A stretch of DNA of 64,000 nt from Candidatus Binatia bacterium (GCA_963664395.2 OY761159.2:4160001-4224000), one strand, 5' to 3'. Counted from the stretch's first letter, positions 20,313-29,644 are shown. Numbers and translations are program-made. The notes: a model not told the origin generated them from the letters alone.

Positions 20313-20402
20313 GGGGCTAACTGCGCTATTTCAGTCCACCAAGCATTAAGAGCGTTCCGCGCTATTGCGACAGGGCAGTGAAGAGGAGGAAAGGGATTCC
20401 AC

Positions 20403-22043
20403 ATGCCGACCCTGGACTTCAAAGGCAAACAGATCGTCTATGCCCATCATCTGACCGTTCCTGCGCGGACGCTGGAGGTGGATGCCGAAAAGTCGTTGCC
20501 ACCCGAAGACCAACAGCCGTCTCTTGACGACAACCTGATTATTCACGGCGACAACCTGCACGCCCTCAAGGCGCTCATGCCGCGCTATGCCGGACGGGTG
20601 AACTGCATCTACATTGATCCGCCCTACAACACTGGCAACGAAGGCTGGGCGTACAACGACAACGTGAACAGCCCGCTGATGCAGGAATGGCTGAAAGGCA
20701 AAAGCCCGGTGGACGGCGAAGACCTGGAGCGCCACGACAAGTGGCTGTGCATGATGTGGCCGCGGCTGCACCTGCTGCGTGAACTACTGGCCGAAAACGG
20801 GGCAATTTTCGTCTCCATTGACGATAACGAGCAACACCATCTGCGGATGATGATGGATGAAATTTTCGGCGCAGAGAATTTCGTCGCGACAATCATTTGG
20901 GAGAAGGTTTATTCGCCGAAGAGCAGTGCGCAATACTTCTCAGAAAATCACGATTTTATCGTCGTGTATGCCAGAAACAAGAATGAGTTCAAACTCGGAC
21001 TGCTCCCACGAACGGAAGAAGCCGATGCGCGCTATACCAACCCTGACAACGACCCGCGTGGACCATGGAAATCGGGTGGCCTCGACGCACGCAATCCATA
21101 CAGCAAAGGGATATATTCAATAAAATGTCCAGGTGGCCGTGTGGTAAAAGGACCTCCACCTGGTAACTTTTGGCGTTACTCGGAGGAAAATTTTTGGGAA
21201 TTGGACAGGGACAATCGAATTTGGTGGGGCGAGGATCAGAACCAAGTCCCGGCTATTAAGCGCTTTCTCTCCGAGGTAAAACAAGGCTTGGTGCCAGAGA
21301 CCATCTGGACATATAAGGAGGTCGGTCACACCCAAGATGCGAAGAAAACGCTCCTTCAGATTTTTCCAGAAAAATTTCCAGACTTTACGACAACCAAGCC
21401 TGTTAAATTGCTAACCCGGATCATTAGTCTCTCGACAGGCGAAGACTCCATCATCCTCGACTCTTTTGCGGGCACCGGCACGACGGCCCAGGCGGCCTTG
21501 GCGCTCAACAAAGAAGACGGCGGCAACCGTAAATTCATCCTGGTAGAGTGCGAAGATTACGCCGCCACCATCACCGCCGAGCGCGTGCGCCGCGTCATCA
21601 ACGGCATTCCGACGGCGAAGGACGAAAGCCTGAAAAACGGGCTGGGCGGCAGCTTCACCTATTGCACGCTGGGCGAAGAAATCAACCCGGAAAAAATGCT
21701 CACCGGCGACAACCTGCCGGACTACGACACCCTGGCCCGCCACCTCGTCTACACCGCCACCGGCCACGCGCCGGACAACATCCGCAAAGCACGAAGCAAG
21801 GACGGCCTTTTCCATGAAACGGACGACCGGCTGTTCTATCTGATCTACCAGCCGGACCTTGACTTCCTGCGCAGCGCCGACTCCGTCCTGAACAGCGACC
21901 GTGCCGAACGCATCGCCAAGCAGGCCAAGACCAAGCATAAAACCGCGGTCGTCTTCGCCACCCACAAGTTCATGGGCCAGAAGGAGTTGACGGGCATGGG
22001 GATTGTGTTTTGCGGGTTGCCGTATGTAAGCCTCTCAGGCTAA
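20403..22043 (+). CDS. mod: Type III restriction-modification methyltransferase (Mod)
   Basis: IHGDNLHAL, IYIDPPYNTG, SIDDNE, LDSFAGTGTT (beta-class order); paired with res downstream. Confidence 0.93.
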   Translation: MPTLDFKGKQIVYAHHLTVPARTLEVDAEKSLPPEDQQPSLDDNLIIHGDNLHALKALMPRYAGRVNCIYIDPPYNTGNEGWAYNDNVNSPLMQEWLKGKSPVDGEDLERHDKWLCMMWPRLHLLRELLAENGAIFVSIDDNEQHHLRMMMDEIFGAENFVATIIWEKVYSPKSSAQYFSENHDFIVVYARNKNEFKLGLLPRTEEADARYTNPDNDPRGPWKSGGLDARNPYSKGIYSIKCPGGRVVKGPPPGNFWRYSEENFWELDRDNRIWWGEDQNQVPAIKRFLSEVKQGLVPETIWTYKEVGHTQDAKKTLLQIFPEKFPDFTTTKPVKLLTRIISLSTGEDSIILDSFAGTGTTAQAALALNKEDGGNRKFILVECEDYAATITAERVRRVINGIPTAKDESLKNGLGGSFTYCTLGEEINPEKMLTGDNLPDYDTLARHLVYTATGHAPDNIRKARSKDGLFHETDDRLFYLIYQPDLDFLRSADSVLNSDRAERIAKQAKTKHKTAVVFATHKFMGQKELTGMGIVFCGLPYVSLSG

Positions 22044-22093
22044 CCTGATATTTGACCATCTTCTATAGCCTGAACGGAATAATGATATAGGTT

Positions 22094-23230
22094 ATGTACG
22101 ATATTGAGAAATATAGTGAAGCAATAGGGGCGTCTTCCCCGCCTCCATCGCGCTGGGCTAACTCTTGTACGCATCGAGAGTGCTCATTGCATCAACTGTC
22201 ACCGTACATAGGGAAACTGAAGAGTGTGATTGCGCGGGACCTCATCCTTGAGTACAGCCAGCCTGGCCAGTTAGTAGTGGATATGTTTTGTGGAAGTGGC
22301 ACCGTGCCACTTGAGGCCGCTCGTCTTGGCCGACGTGTATTCGCTTCTGATATGAGCAGATACGCTGTGACGCTGACCAAAGGTAAGCTTTACGCACCAA
22401 CCAGAATCGAACCTGCACTCGCAGACCTTGATCGGCTTCTCAAACGTGTTGAATCACTGCCCATGCCAGACCTTCGAAGCGTTCCGCGATGGGTTCGAGC
22501 TTTTTTTCACCCCCGTACGTTGAAAGAGGCCCTACGTCTCAACGAATTTCTTAGACACGAAAGGCATTATTTCCTACTGGCCGCCCTGCTCGGCATCCTG
22601 CATCATCAAAGGCCTGGATTCCTATCCTTTCCAAGCAGTCACCTTGTGCCCTATCTTCGGTCAAACAAATTCCCCAGAGAAGTCTATCCCGACCTTTACG
22701 AATATCGTCCAGTTGCCCCGCGTTTGAAAGCAAAGGTCAAACGTGCTTTGAAGCGCCCATCCGCAAATTCTTTATTCAAATTAGTCGAGGGTATTCGCCG
22801 GTCCTCTGTAGAACATCTTAACCTCCCGGATGCCATTGATTGTGTCATCACCAGTCCGCCCTACATGAACGCGCTTGACTATGGGCGCGACAACCGTCTA
22901 CGGCTCTGGTTTTTGGGTGAATCGCATATGAAGTCGCTGGACCGTGCTCTTAGCGGTCTCAACAGCTTTACAAATGCGATAGATGCACTTGCCAGACAAT
23001 TACAGCAAAAAATGCGCCGGGGTGGTTATTGTGTCTTCGTCATTGGTGAGCAGTTGATTCGGAAGAAAGACCGATTTCCTTCTGAAGAGTTGATGAGGAT
23101 TTTCGCAACACATGCCCCGACATTTCAACTGTGTCAGGTCATGAGTGACGTTATTCCCGATGTACGCCGCTCACGGAGGCGACTCGCCGGAGTTAAGCGA
23201 GAGCATATCCTGGTATTTAGAAAGCACTAA
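22094..23230 (+). CDS. DNA amino-methyltransferase, alpha-class with SPPY (probably m4C)
   Basis: HQLSPYIGK, motif I DMFCGSGT precedes motif IV ITSPPY; C-terminal EHILVF. Confidence 0.85.
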   Translation: MYDIEKYSEAIGASSPPPSRWANSCTHRECSLHQLSPYIGKLKSVIARDLILEYSQPGQLVVDMFCGSGTVPLEAARLGRRVFASDMSRYAVTLTKGKLYAPTRIEPALADLDRLLKRVESLPMPDLRSVPRWVRAFFHPRTLKEALRLNEFLRHERHYFLLAALLGILHHQRPGFLSFPSSHLVPYLRSNKFPREVYPDLYEYRPVAPRLKAKVKRALKRPSANSLFKLVEGIRRSSVEHLNLPDAIDCVITSPPYMNALDYGRDNRLRLWFLGESHMKSLDRALSGLNSFTNAIDALARQLQQKMRRGGYCVFVIGEQLIRKKDRFPSEELMRIFATHAPTFQLCQVMSDVIPDVRRSRRRLAGVKREHILVFRKH

Positions 23231-23232
23231 AA

Positions 23233-25701
23233 ATGCGAAAAAACCTTCCGCCTGTAGAACTGTTCCTTGGAAGAACAATAGATAGATTTCCAAACCATGT
23301 GATTCAAGAACATGTCGGTTCAGGCTCTAATGGACATCTATTTCGGGCATTCGATCCATCAACCGAAAGTAAACTCGCGTTTAAAGTCGTTCCAGTCGAG
23401 AATCTGTTAGTCAACGATCTGTTAGATGACGAAGACAAGCGACAAACCTATTTAGATGAGGCAAAGAAAGCAAACCTTCTACAACATGCATCGGTTATTA
23501 AGTGCCATAATGTTGTGTCTTATCGCGATCCCGATAATTCAATAGGGTGCATTATTTTTGTGTATGACTATGTGGAGGGCAAGAATCTCCAGGATTACAT
23601 ACGGCAGCACAGCGCAGAGGTAAACGTATCGTTTGCGGAGACCTTTCTGCGGACAATGCTTGAATTATTATATGAGCTCAAACAGCGCGGATACCCGCAT
23701 GGTGACTTGCACGCTGGAAATGTGCTCGTTGCGAAGTCGGAATTCGATATTTATGGAAGAACGATCTTTCGTGTAACAGATTTTGGCGTCCGCGAATTGA
23801 CCGAACATAGCGCTGATGTAAGTGACTATCTTTCTGTCGCACAAACACTCAGACAGCTACTAGGCTGCGTAGAGTATCGGGACTGTGAAGGGCGAGACCG
23901 ATATGTCTACAATATCCTGAAGCAGGATTTCTTGGCCCGACATTTAATTGAAACTGATACTAGTGCAGATCCATTGGCCTGCAATCCTCAGAAACTGATG
24001 GCTAAACTGGATTCTTTAGATAGTCAATATGTTGAAAAGAAATCTTCCGTCTCTGCACTTTTGACGCCTTTCGATTACCCTAACTGTGAACAAATTGGAA
24101 ACTCTCATCTATTGCTTAAGAATCTCTACTCCGATCGTCTACTTGGACTGTCGGAGATTCAGGCAAGAGTTAATTTAATGCTAACCGGGCCTCGCGGATG
24201 TGGCAAAACTACCGTTTTCCGTGCCCTGAGCCTGGAATATTTAATTTCTAATAACGATGACGCACCAAGCCACATTAACTATATTGGCATCTATTATAGA
24301 TGTGACGATCTGTATTTCTCTTTTCCAAGATATAAGATTCCTGAACGCCTTGAAGCACTCGACGTCCCCATGCATTTCCTGACGGTCACACTACTGGCAA
24401 CTGCTTTGGAACAGATAGGGGCATGGGCAAAAAGGCATTTCCTAGATGAGTTTCAAAAAAAAGAGAATTCGCTTGTTGCAGAACTTTGGGATTTGTTTGG
24501 ATGGCCACGTCCAGACAATCCAAGTGCCGGACAGTTGGCTACTCTGGTTAACCGGTTAAAAGGTAGGGAGAGGAAGCGTGCAGCCGAGAAACAACGTTTC
24601 GTTCATGTACACACAGAACCTATCCAAGACTATTTTGGTCCAGAAATGCTACTCAAAGCCTGTCTCCTTATTCGGAACAAATTTTCATTCCTGTATGAAC
24701 GGCCTTTTTATTTTTTTATTGATGACTACTCTGATCCAAAAATTACTAAAGAATTACAATCAAATCTCAATCGATTGCTCATGTATCGCAGTCCCGATAT
24801 CTTTTTCAAAATCTCGACAGAGAGTCCAATCTCTTTTGCTCGGGATGATGTCGATGGAAAACAATTTATCGAAACTCGCGAATATGATCTGTTAAATATC
24901 GGATTAAGGTACATCATGCATGCCTCAAATCAAACGCTTGAATTTCTTGAGGATCTTTTCCGGCGTCGATTTGGGGAGGTTGAAGGATACCCCGTTCAGA
25001 CTTTAAGAGAGCTTTTAGGCTCTACACCGCGTAATGAAAACGCCACGGCCTGGGCCTTTCGAGAGAAGAAGGGGCGGGAAAACTATGCGGGTATTGAGAC
25101 TGTTGCTGCCATGTGTAGTGGTGATATCCACTATATTATTCGTCTTGTTGCCAGGATGGTGGAAGATCGTGGAGGCCGAGATTCTCTAAAGATATCCCAG
25201 ACAGCACCTCGGATACTGCCAAGCCAACAACACAATTCTATCCGTGCCGCGGCAGGAGCTTTTATGGATTCTATACGCACGCTACCCGGAAAAGGTCGGC
25301 AACTTACGGAGGTTGTGACAGCATTCGGCAACGTGGCTCATTCTTACCTTCTGTATGAAACATCGACCAATGAGGGACGTAAACTCCCTCATCAAGCATC
25401 AAGGATAGAGCCATATGAATCGATAGATATATCTGACGAGGCCCAAGAAATTCTTAACGAGCTATTGCGTTACTCAGTGCTCATTGAAGACCCTCGTGGA
25501 AAGAGTAGGCGGGGAAAGGTTGTACCTAGGTTCTACCTTCGACGTTACTTGATCCCTCATTTCCGTTTGACGTTCAGTAGGCGAGATTCTCTTCAATTGG
25601 AAAATAACCAGATCGAAACACTCCTGCGTGACCCTCAAAAGTTTGAGACTACGATGAGTCGGGGTGATCCAAATCAAGAGAAACTTTTTCCTAATGAATG
25701 A
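23233..25701 (+). CDS. Kinase fused to ORC/CDC6-like P-loop ATPase with probable C-terminal winged helix
   Basis: Kinase: GSGSNG, AFK, DEA, HGDLHAGN, TDFG. ATPase: GPRGCGKTT, FFIDDY, SGDIH. Confidence 0.85.
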   Translation: MRKNLPPVELFLGRTIDRFPNHVIQEHVGSGSNGHLFRAFDPSTESKLAFKVVPVENLLVNDLLDDEDKRQTYLDEAKKANLLQHASVIKCHNVVSYRDPDNSIGCIIFVYDYVEGKNLQDYIRQHSAEVNVSFAETFLRTMLELLYELKQRGYPHGDLHAGNVLVAKSEFDIYGRTIFRVTDFGVRELTEHSADVSDYLSVAQTLRQLLGCVEYRDCEGRDRYVYNILKQDFLARHLIETDTSADPLACNPQKLMAKLDSLDSQYVEKKSSVSALLTPFDYPNCEQIGNSHLLLKNLYSDRLLGLSEIQARVNLMLTGPRGCGKTTVFRALSLEYLISNNDDAPSHINYIGIYYRCDDLYFSFPRYKIPERLEALDVPMHFLTVTLLATALEQIGAWAKRHFLDEFQKKENSLVAELWDLFGWPRPDNPSAGQLATLVNRLKGRERKRAAEKQRFVHVHTEPIQDYFGPEMLLKACLLIRNKFSFLYERPFYFFIDDYSDPKITKELQSNLNRLLMYRSPDIFFKISTESPISFARDDVDGKQFIETREYDLLNIGLRYIMHASNQTLEFLEDLFRRRFGEVEGYPVQTLRELLGSTPRNENATAWAFREKKGRENYAGIETVAAMCSGDIHYIIRLVARMVEDRGGRDSLKISQTAPRILPSQQHNSIRAAAGAFMDSIRTLPGKGRQLTEVVTAFGNVAHSYLLYETSTNEGRKLPHQASRIEPYESIDISDEAQEILNELLRYSVLIEDPRGKSRRGKVVPRFYLRRYLIPHFRLTFSRRDSLQLENNQIETLLRDPQKFETTMSRGDPNQEKLFPNE

Positions 25702-26758
25702 CGACACATTTAACAATAACTTGCTAAGACCAGATGAAAAATTAAGCAGGGCCGAGTGGCCAGATCTGCAAGAGATCGAGTTCCCTTCAGTGGGAACTGG
25801 CGACTGTTTGCTGGTATGTGCTGGATTTGAAGACCGTGCTATCGAAACTCTACGTCGAATCTGTGAATCGGGAAGAACAGGCTTCCCACTTGGCATAGTA
25901 AACTATCTTCCAATCTACCCAGAAAATAAAATCGAAGAGCTACGTACAATTGGTCGAAGTGCTGATCTCCAGGTAAATGAGTTTTCTTACAACCGCGAAA
26001 ATCCCACAGGTATTGGAGAAGAACTAAAACGATTCACGCAGGACTTTGAACATCTTTTTATTGATATTTCTGGCATGTCACGTCTCCTCATCGTGCAGAC
26101 ATTGGTAGCGTTAATCGGCGGACAAAGGCAGCCGTTAAGCCTAATCTATGGCGAAGCAAAAGAATACCCACCTTCTAAAGATCAATTTGAGCAAGATGAC
26201 ACGAATGATGACGCCAAGTCGGTGCCGAGTTACCTGTCATCTGGAATTTTTGAAATAGCAGCGACCCCTGAATTGGGTTCTGTATCCATGTTGGGCGAGG
26301 CGATCCGGCTGGTAGCATTTCCATCATTTGACCCCGCTCAGCTCACTAATTTGCTTCAAGAGCTGCAACCTGCTTACACGGAACTTATTCATGGTGTACC
26401 TCCAGTTAAAGAGAATGAATGGCGAAAGGATGCAATCCGTAAACTTAACCGTCCGACATTAGATGAGCTTCAAGAGAAAAAAGATCATGAGGCGTCTACG
26501 CTTGACTACAGAGAGACATTACATGCGCTACTCCAGATATATGCAAAACGCAGCATGTTTGATCGCATCGTAGTTGCTCCTACCGGCAGCAAGATGCAGG
26601 CTGTAGCCGTGGGCCTGTTTCGGTCGGTCCTTCATGATGTCCAAATTGTCTATCCTACGCCACAGATTTTCACAGCACCCCAAGAACATACTATAGGTCT
26701 TCGGCAACTGTATAAGGTTGATATTCCAATAGAGGCAATAATAATGCGGCCGGATTGA
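25694..26758 (+). CDS. Tandem CARF-like Rossmann-fold protein
   Basis: Two repeats: LLVCAGFE/FIDISGMSR/LIYGE and LVAFPSFD/VVAPTGSK/IVYPT; ATG overlaps the upstream gene end by 8 nt. Confidence 0.65.
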   Translation: MNDDTFNNNLLRPDEKLSRAEWPDLQEIEFPSVGTGDCLLVCAGFEDRAIETLRRICESGRTGFPLGIVNYLPIYPENKIEELRTIGRSADLQVNEFSYNRENPTGIGEELKRFTQDFEHLFIDISGMSRLLIVQTLVALIGGQRQPLSLIYGEAKEYPPSKDQFEQDDTNDDAKSVPSYLSSGIFEIAATPELGSVSMLGEAIRLVAFPSFDPAQLTNLLQELQPAYTELIHGVPPVKENEWRKDAIRKLNRPTLDELQEKKDHEASTLDYRETLHALLQIYAKRSMFDRIVVAPTGSKMQAVAVGLFRSVLHDVQIVYPTPQIFTAPQEHTIGLRQLYKVDIPIEAIIMRPD

Positions 26759-26914
26759 GGACTTTCGGTGAGAGGCTATTGGCCTTCAAAGCCTCAAGTT
26801 TGGGATTGTTTCGAGATTACAATGATAAATCGGATGATTCAGATAATAGCTATCCAAGAAGCTGCCTCATCTGGAGAACATATCAAGGATTCCTTACGCC
26901 GCAGATAGGGTGAC

Positions 26915-29482
26915 GTGCAACTCAAAACCTACCAGCAAAACGCCCTCGACCAACTCGACCGCTGGCTTGAAGCACTCAAGGAAGCCCGGCTGAAATGTGA
27001 GAAAGCCACGAAGGCGCTCGAAGAGAGCGGCGTTGATGTTCCCGAGGAACTAAAAAATTATCCCCTGGCTGCCTGGAAAAACCTCAAAGAGCAAAACGTC
27101 CTTCCTGCCGTCCAGAATCAAGACGGAAAATCCGAAGTCCCCGACTACATCCCCCGAACCGCGACCTCCGGTGAGCCTGCCCCGCATGTCTGCCTGAAAA
27201 TCCCGACCGGAGGCGGCAAGACGCTGCTGGGCGTTGCCGCGCTCGAACGTATCAAGCAGGACACGGGCTTTGTGCTGTGGATCGTGCCGACGCGGGCGAT
27301 CTATGATCAGACGCTCAAGGCGTTCAGAACCCGCGAACACCCGTACCGGCAAATGCTCGAAAGAATTTCCGGCGGCAAGGTCAAACTATTGCAGAAGGAC
27401 GACCGCTTTACCCGACAAGATGTTGAAAGCCGGCTGTGCATCATGATGCTGATGTTGCCGTCCGCTAACCGGCAAAAGGGCAAGGACTTTCTCAAGATAT
27501 TCCGGGACAGTGGCGGGTATACCTCCTTCTTCCCGGAACAGGATGACATGACCGCCAACCGTGAGCTTTCAGAACAACTCCCCGACCTGGAGAAGAACCG
27601 CAGCGGCGATTGGGTCAAGCAAAGCCTGATTAACGTCCTGAAGCTCATCCGTCCGACCGTGATTCTGGACGAGGCGCACAAAGCCTATGGGCCGAATGAC
27701 AAAAACAATCGGGAGTTCGTCAAGTCCGTCAACCGCCTTAATCCCCGCTTCGTGCTCGAACTGTCCGCTACGCCGAAAATTGGTATCAGCAACATCCTGG
27801 TCAACATCTCGGGAACTGAGCTTCAGGCCGAGGAGATGATAAAGCTGCCCATAGAGGTCCACAGCTTCACCAATTCCGACTGGAAGCATGCGCTCGCCGA
27901 AACGCAGAAAAGAGTAGAGCAACTGGAAGAGGAAGCGCGGCAACTCCAATCGAGAGAAAACCGCTATGTCCGTCCCATCGCTCTGGTACGGGTGCAACGA
28001 ACGGGCAAGGAGCAAAGGGGCCAGGGAAACATTCATTCCGAGGACGTGCGCGAATACCTGATACGGAATCTTGCCGTACCGGAGGCGTGGATACGGGTGC
28101 AGTCGTCCGAAACCAAGGAACTTGGGCACGAAGATTTATTGAGCGAACACAGCCTCGTCCGCTGGATTCTGACAAAAGACGCGCTTAAAGAGGGCTGGGA
28201 TTGCTCGTTTGCATATGTGCTGGCCCTGCTGGATAACACCACGGCAACGACCGCCATGACGCAAATGGTGGGGCGGATCATGCGCCAGCCCTACGCCCGA
28301 AGAATTGAGACAAGTAAGGCCCTGAACCAGTGTTATATCTACTGTTACAACAAGGACGTGGGCAAGGCGGTTGAGGGGGTGAAAGCCGGGCTGGAAAACG
28401 AGGGGCTGACGGGCTTGGGCGATGCGGTTCGCGGCTACAGCACAGGAGACGCCCCGAAGCCGATAACCGTCCGGCGTCGCGGCACCTATAGCACACTCAA
28501 AATTTTCCTTCCTCGGGTTCTGCACAGAAAGGGGAAAGGCTGGCGTCCGATTGATTACGACCGCGACATCTTGAGCGCTGTGAGCTGGGGCGCGATTGAA
28601 GTGGGCGGGGCGGTGGATCTGGACGACGAAGACACCATGCGGGAGATCATCGCCACGGTTGACGTTCAGGGTGGGGGCAGCGTCTCTGACGAGGCTTTTG
28701 AGACCGGTGAACGATTGAGCCTTGACTATTTTGTCCGGCGACTCACGGACATTGTGCCTAATCCGTGGCAGGCGGCACGCATAGCAGAGAGCTTTCTGCA
28801 CAAGCACGAGAGCAAGGGACACAACGGGTCAAAACTGCTGAGCAACCGGGTGTATCTCTCGGAAGTATTGAGACGCCGGGTGAAAGAGGACATCGACGCA
28901 AAAGCCGAAGCGGTTTTCCACAGTAAGGTAAAGAGAGATGAGATACGGTTTCAGCTTGAGACTGGTGAACGGCTGAACTATGAGTTGGGCCGGTCGTTTG
29001 AAGTGTTTGCATCCAAGGAGGAGAGAATCCTTCAGGGTGAGCACGCCAGCCAAATACAACGCAGCCTGTTCGAGCCCCTTTTTGAAAGCGGATTCAACGG
29101 TCTGGAAAAGGACTTTGCGCTGTATCTGGAAAAGAGCAACGCGATATATTGGTGGCACAGAGTAGCCGCACGGCAGGACTACTATCTACAAGGCTGGCGA
29201 CGCCAGCGGGTATACCCCGACTTTGTGGCCTGCCGCAAAGACGATGGAAAGCTGCTGATCCTGGAAACAAAAGGTATTCACCTGAAAGGAAGCGACGACA
29301 CAGGCTACAAGAAAAAGCTGCTTGAGACCCTTGAAGAGGCATACTCAACCGCCTCTGAGAGAGGACAAATGAGAATCGGCAAGCCGTCGGCTACCTTCAG
29401 GATGATGTTTGAGGAAAGGTGGAAGGGACAGGTCAGTGAACTGCTGAACGAGACATATCGGAAAGGCCAGCGATGCGTGTAG
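26915..29482 (+). CDS. res: Type III restriction endonuclease/helicase (Res)
   Basis: LKTYQ, IPTGGGKT, ILDEAH, ELSATP, LKEGWD, QMVGRIMR, C-terminal YPDF...LETKG nuclease. Confidence 0.92.
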   Translation: MQLKTYQQNALDQLDRWLEALKEARLKCEKATKALEESGVDVPEELKNYPLAAWKNLKEQNVLPAVQNQDGKSEVPDYIPRTATSGEPAPHVCLKIPTGGGKTLLGVAALERIKQDTGFVLWIVPTRAIYDQTLKAFRTREHPYRQMLERISGGKVKLLQKDDRFTRQDVESRLCIMMLMLPSANRQKGKDFLKIFRDSGGYTSFFPEQDDMTANRELSEQLPDLEKNRSGDWVKQSLINVLKLIRPTVILDEAHKAYGPNDKNNREFVKSVNRLNPRFVLELSATPKIGISNILVNISGTELQAEEMIKLPIEVHSFTNSDWKHALAETQKRVEQLEEEARQLQSRENRYVRPIALVRVQRTGKEQRGQGNIHSEDVREYLIRNLAVPEAWIRVQSSETKELGHEDLLSEHSLVRWILTKDALKEGWDCSFAYVLALLDNTTATTAMTQMVGRIMRQPYARRIETSKALNQCYIYCYNKDVGKAVEGVKAGLENEGLTGLGDAVRGYSTGDAPKPITVRRRGTYSTLKIFLPRVLHRKGKGWRPIDYDRDILSAVSWGAIEVGGAVDLDDEDTMREIIATVDVQGGGSVSDEAFETGERLSLDYFVRRLTDIVPNPWQAARIAESFLHKHESKGHNGSKLLSNRVYLSEVLRRRVKEDIDAKAEAVFHSKVKRDEIRFQLETGERLNYELGRSFEVFASKEERILQGEHASQIQRSLFEPLFESGFNGLEKDFALYLEKSNAIYWWHRVAARQDYYLQGWRRQRVYPDFVACRKDDGKLLILETKGIHLKGSDDTGYKKKLLETLEEAYSTASERGQMRIGKPSATFRMMFEERWKGQVSELLNETYRKGQRCV

Positions 29483-29597
29483 CAATGGCCGGGCGCGTTG
29501 CGGCCATGTCGTGCAGAATGGTTACAGCCCGGTCAATACCCTCTTCCAGGGCGGTGTTGACGCTGGGTTCGGTCTGGCGGGCTTGGTGGTAGGGCAT
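29433..29597 (-). pseudogene. Probable internally deleted remnant of a Type IIG-like RM gene
   Basis: GAGGT RBS + MPYHQARQTEPSVNTALEEGIDRAVTILHDMAATRPAIATRIA...; family resemblance from recall only. Confidence 0.4.
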
Positions 29598-29644
29598 ACC
29601 TCTTTATTTATCGGAAAAAAGTGGAGAGGGACCGGGAGATATTG

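Noticed and set aside
22094-26758. BREX/Pgl, CBASS or type III CRISPR ancillary locus
   Set aside because: No PglZ, BrxC-size ATPase, CD-NTase, Cas10 or CRISPR array is visible; domain order and sizes differ.
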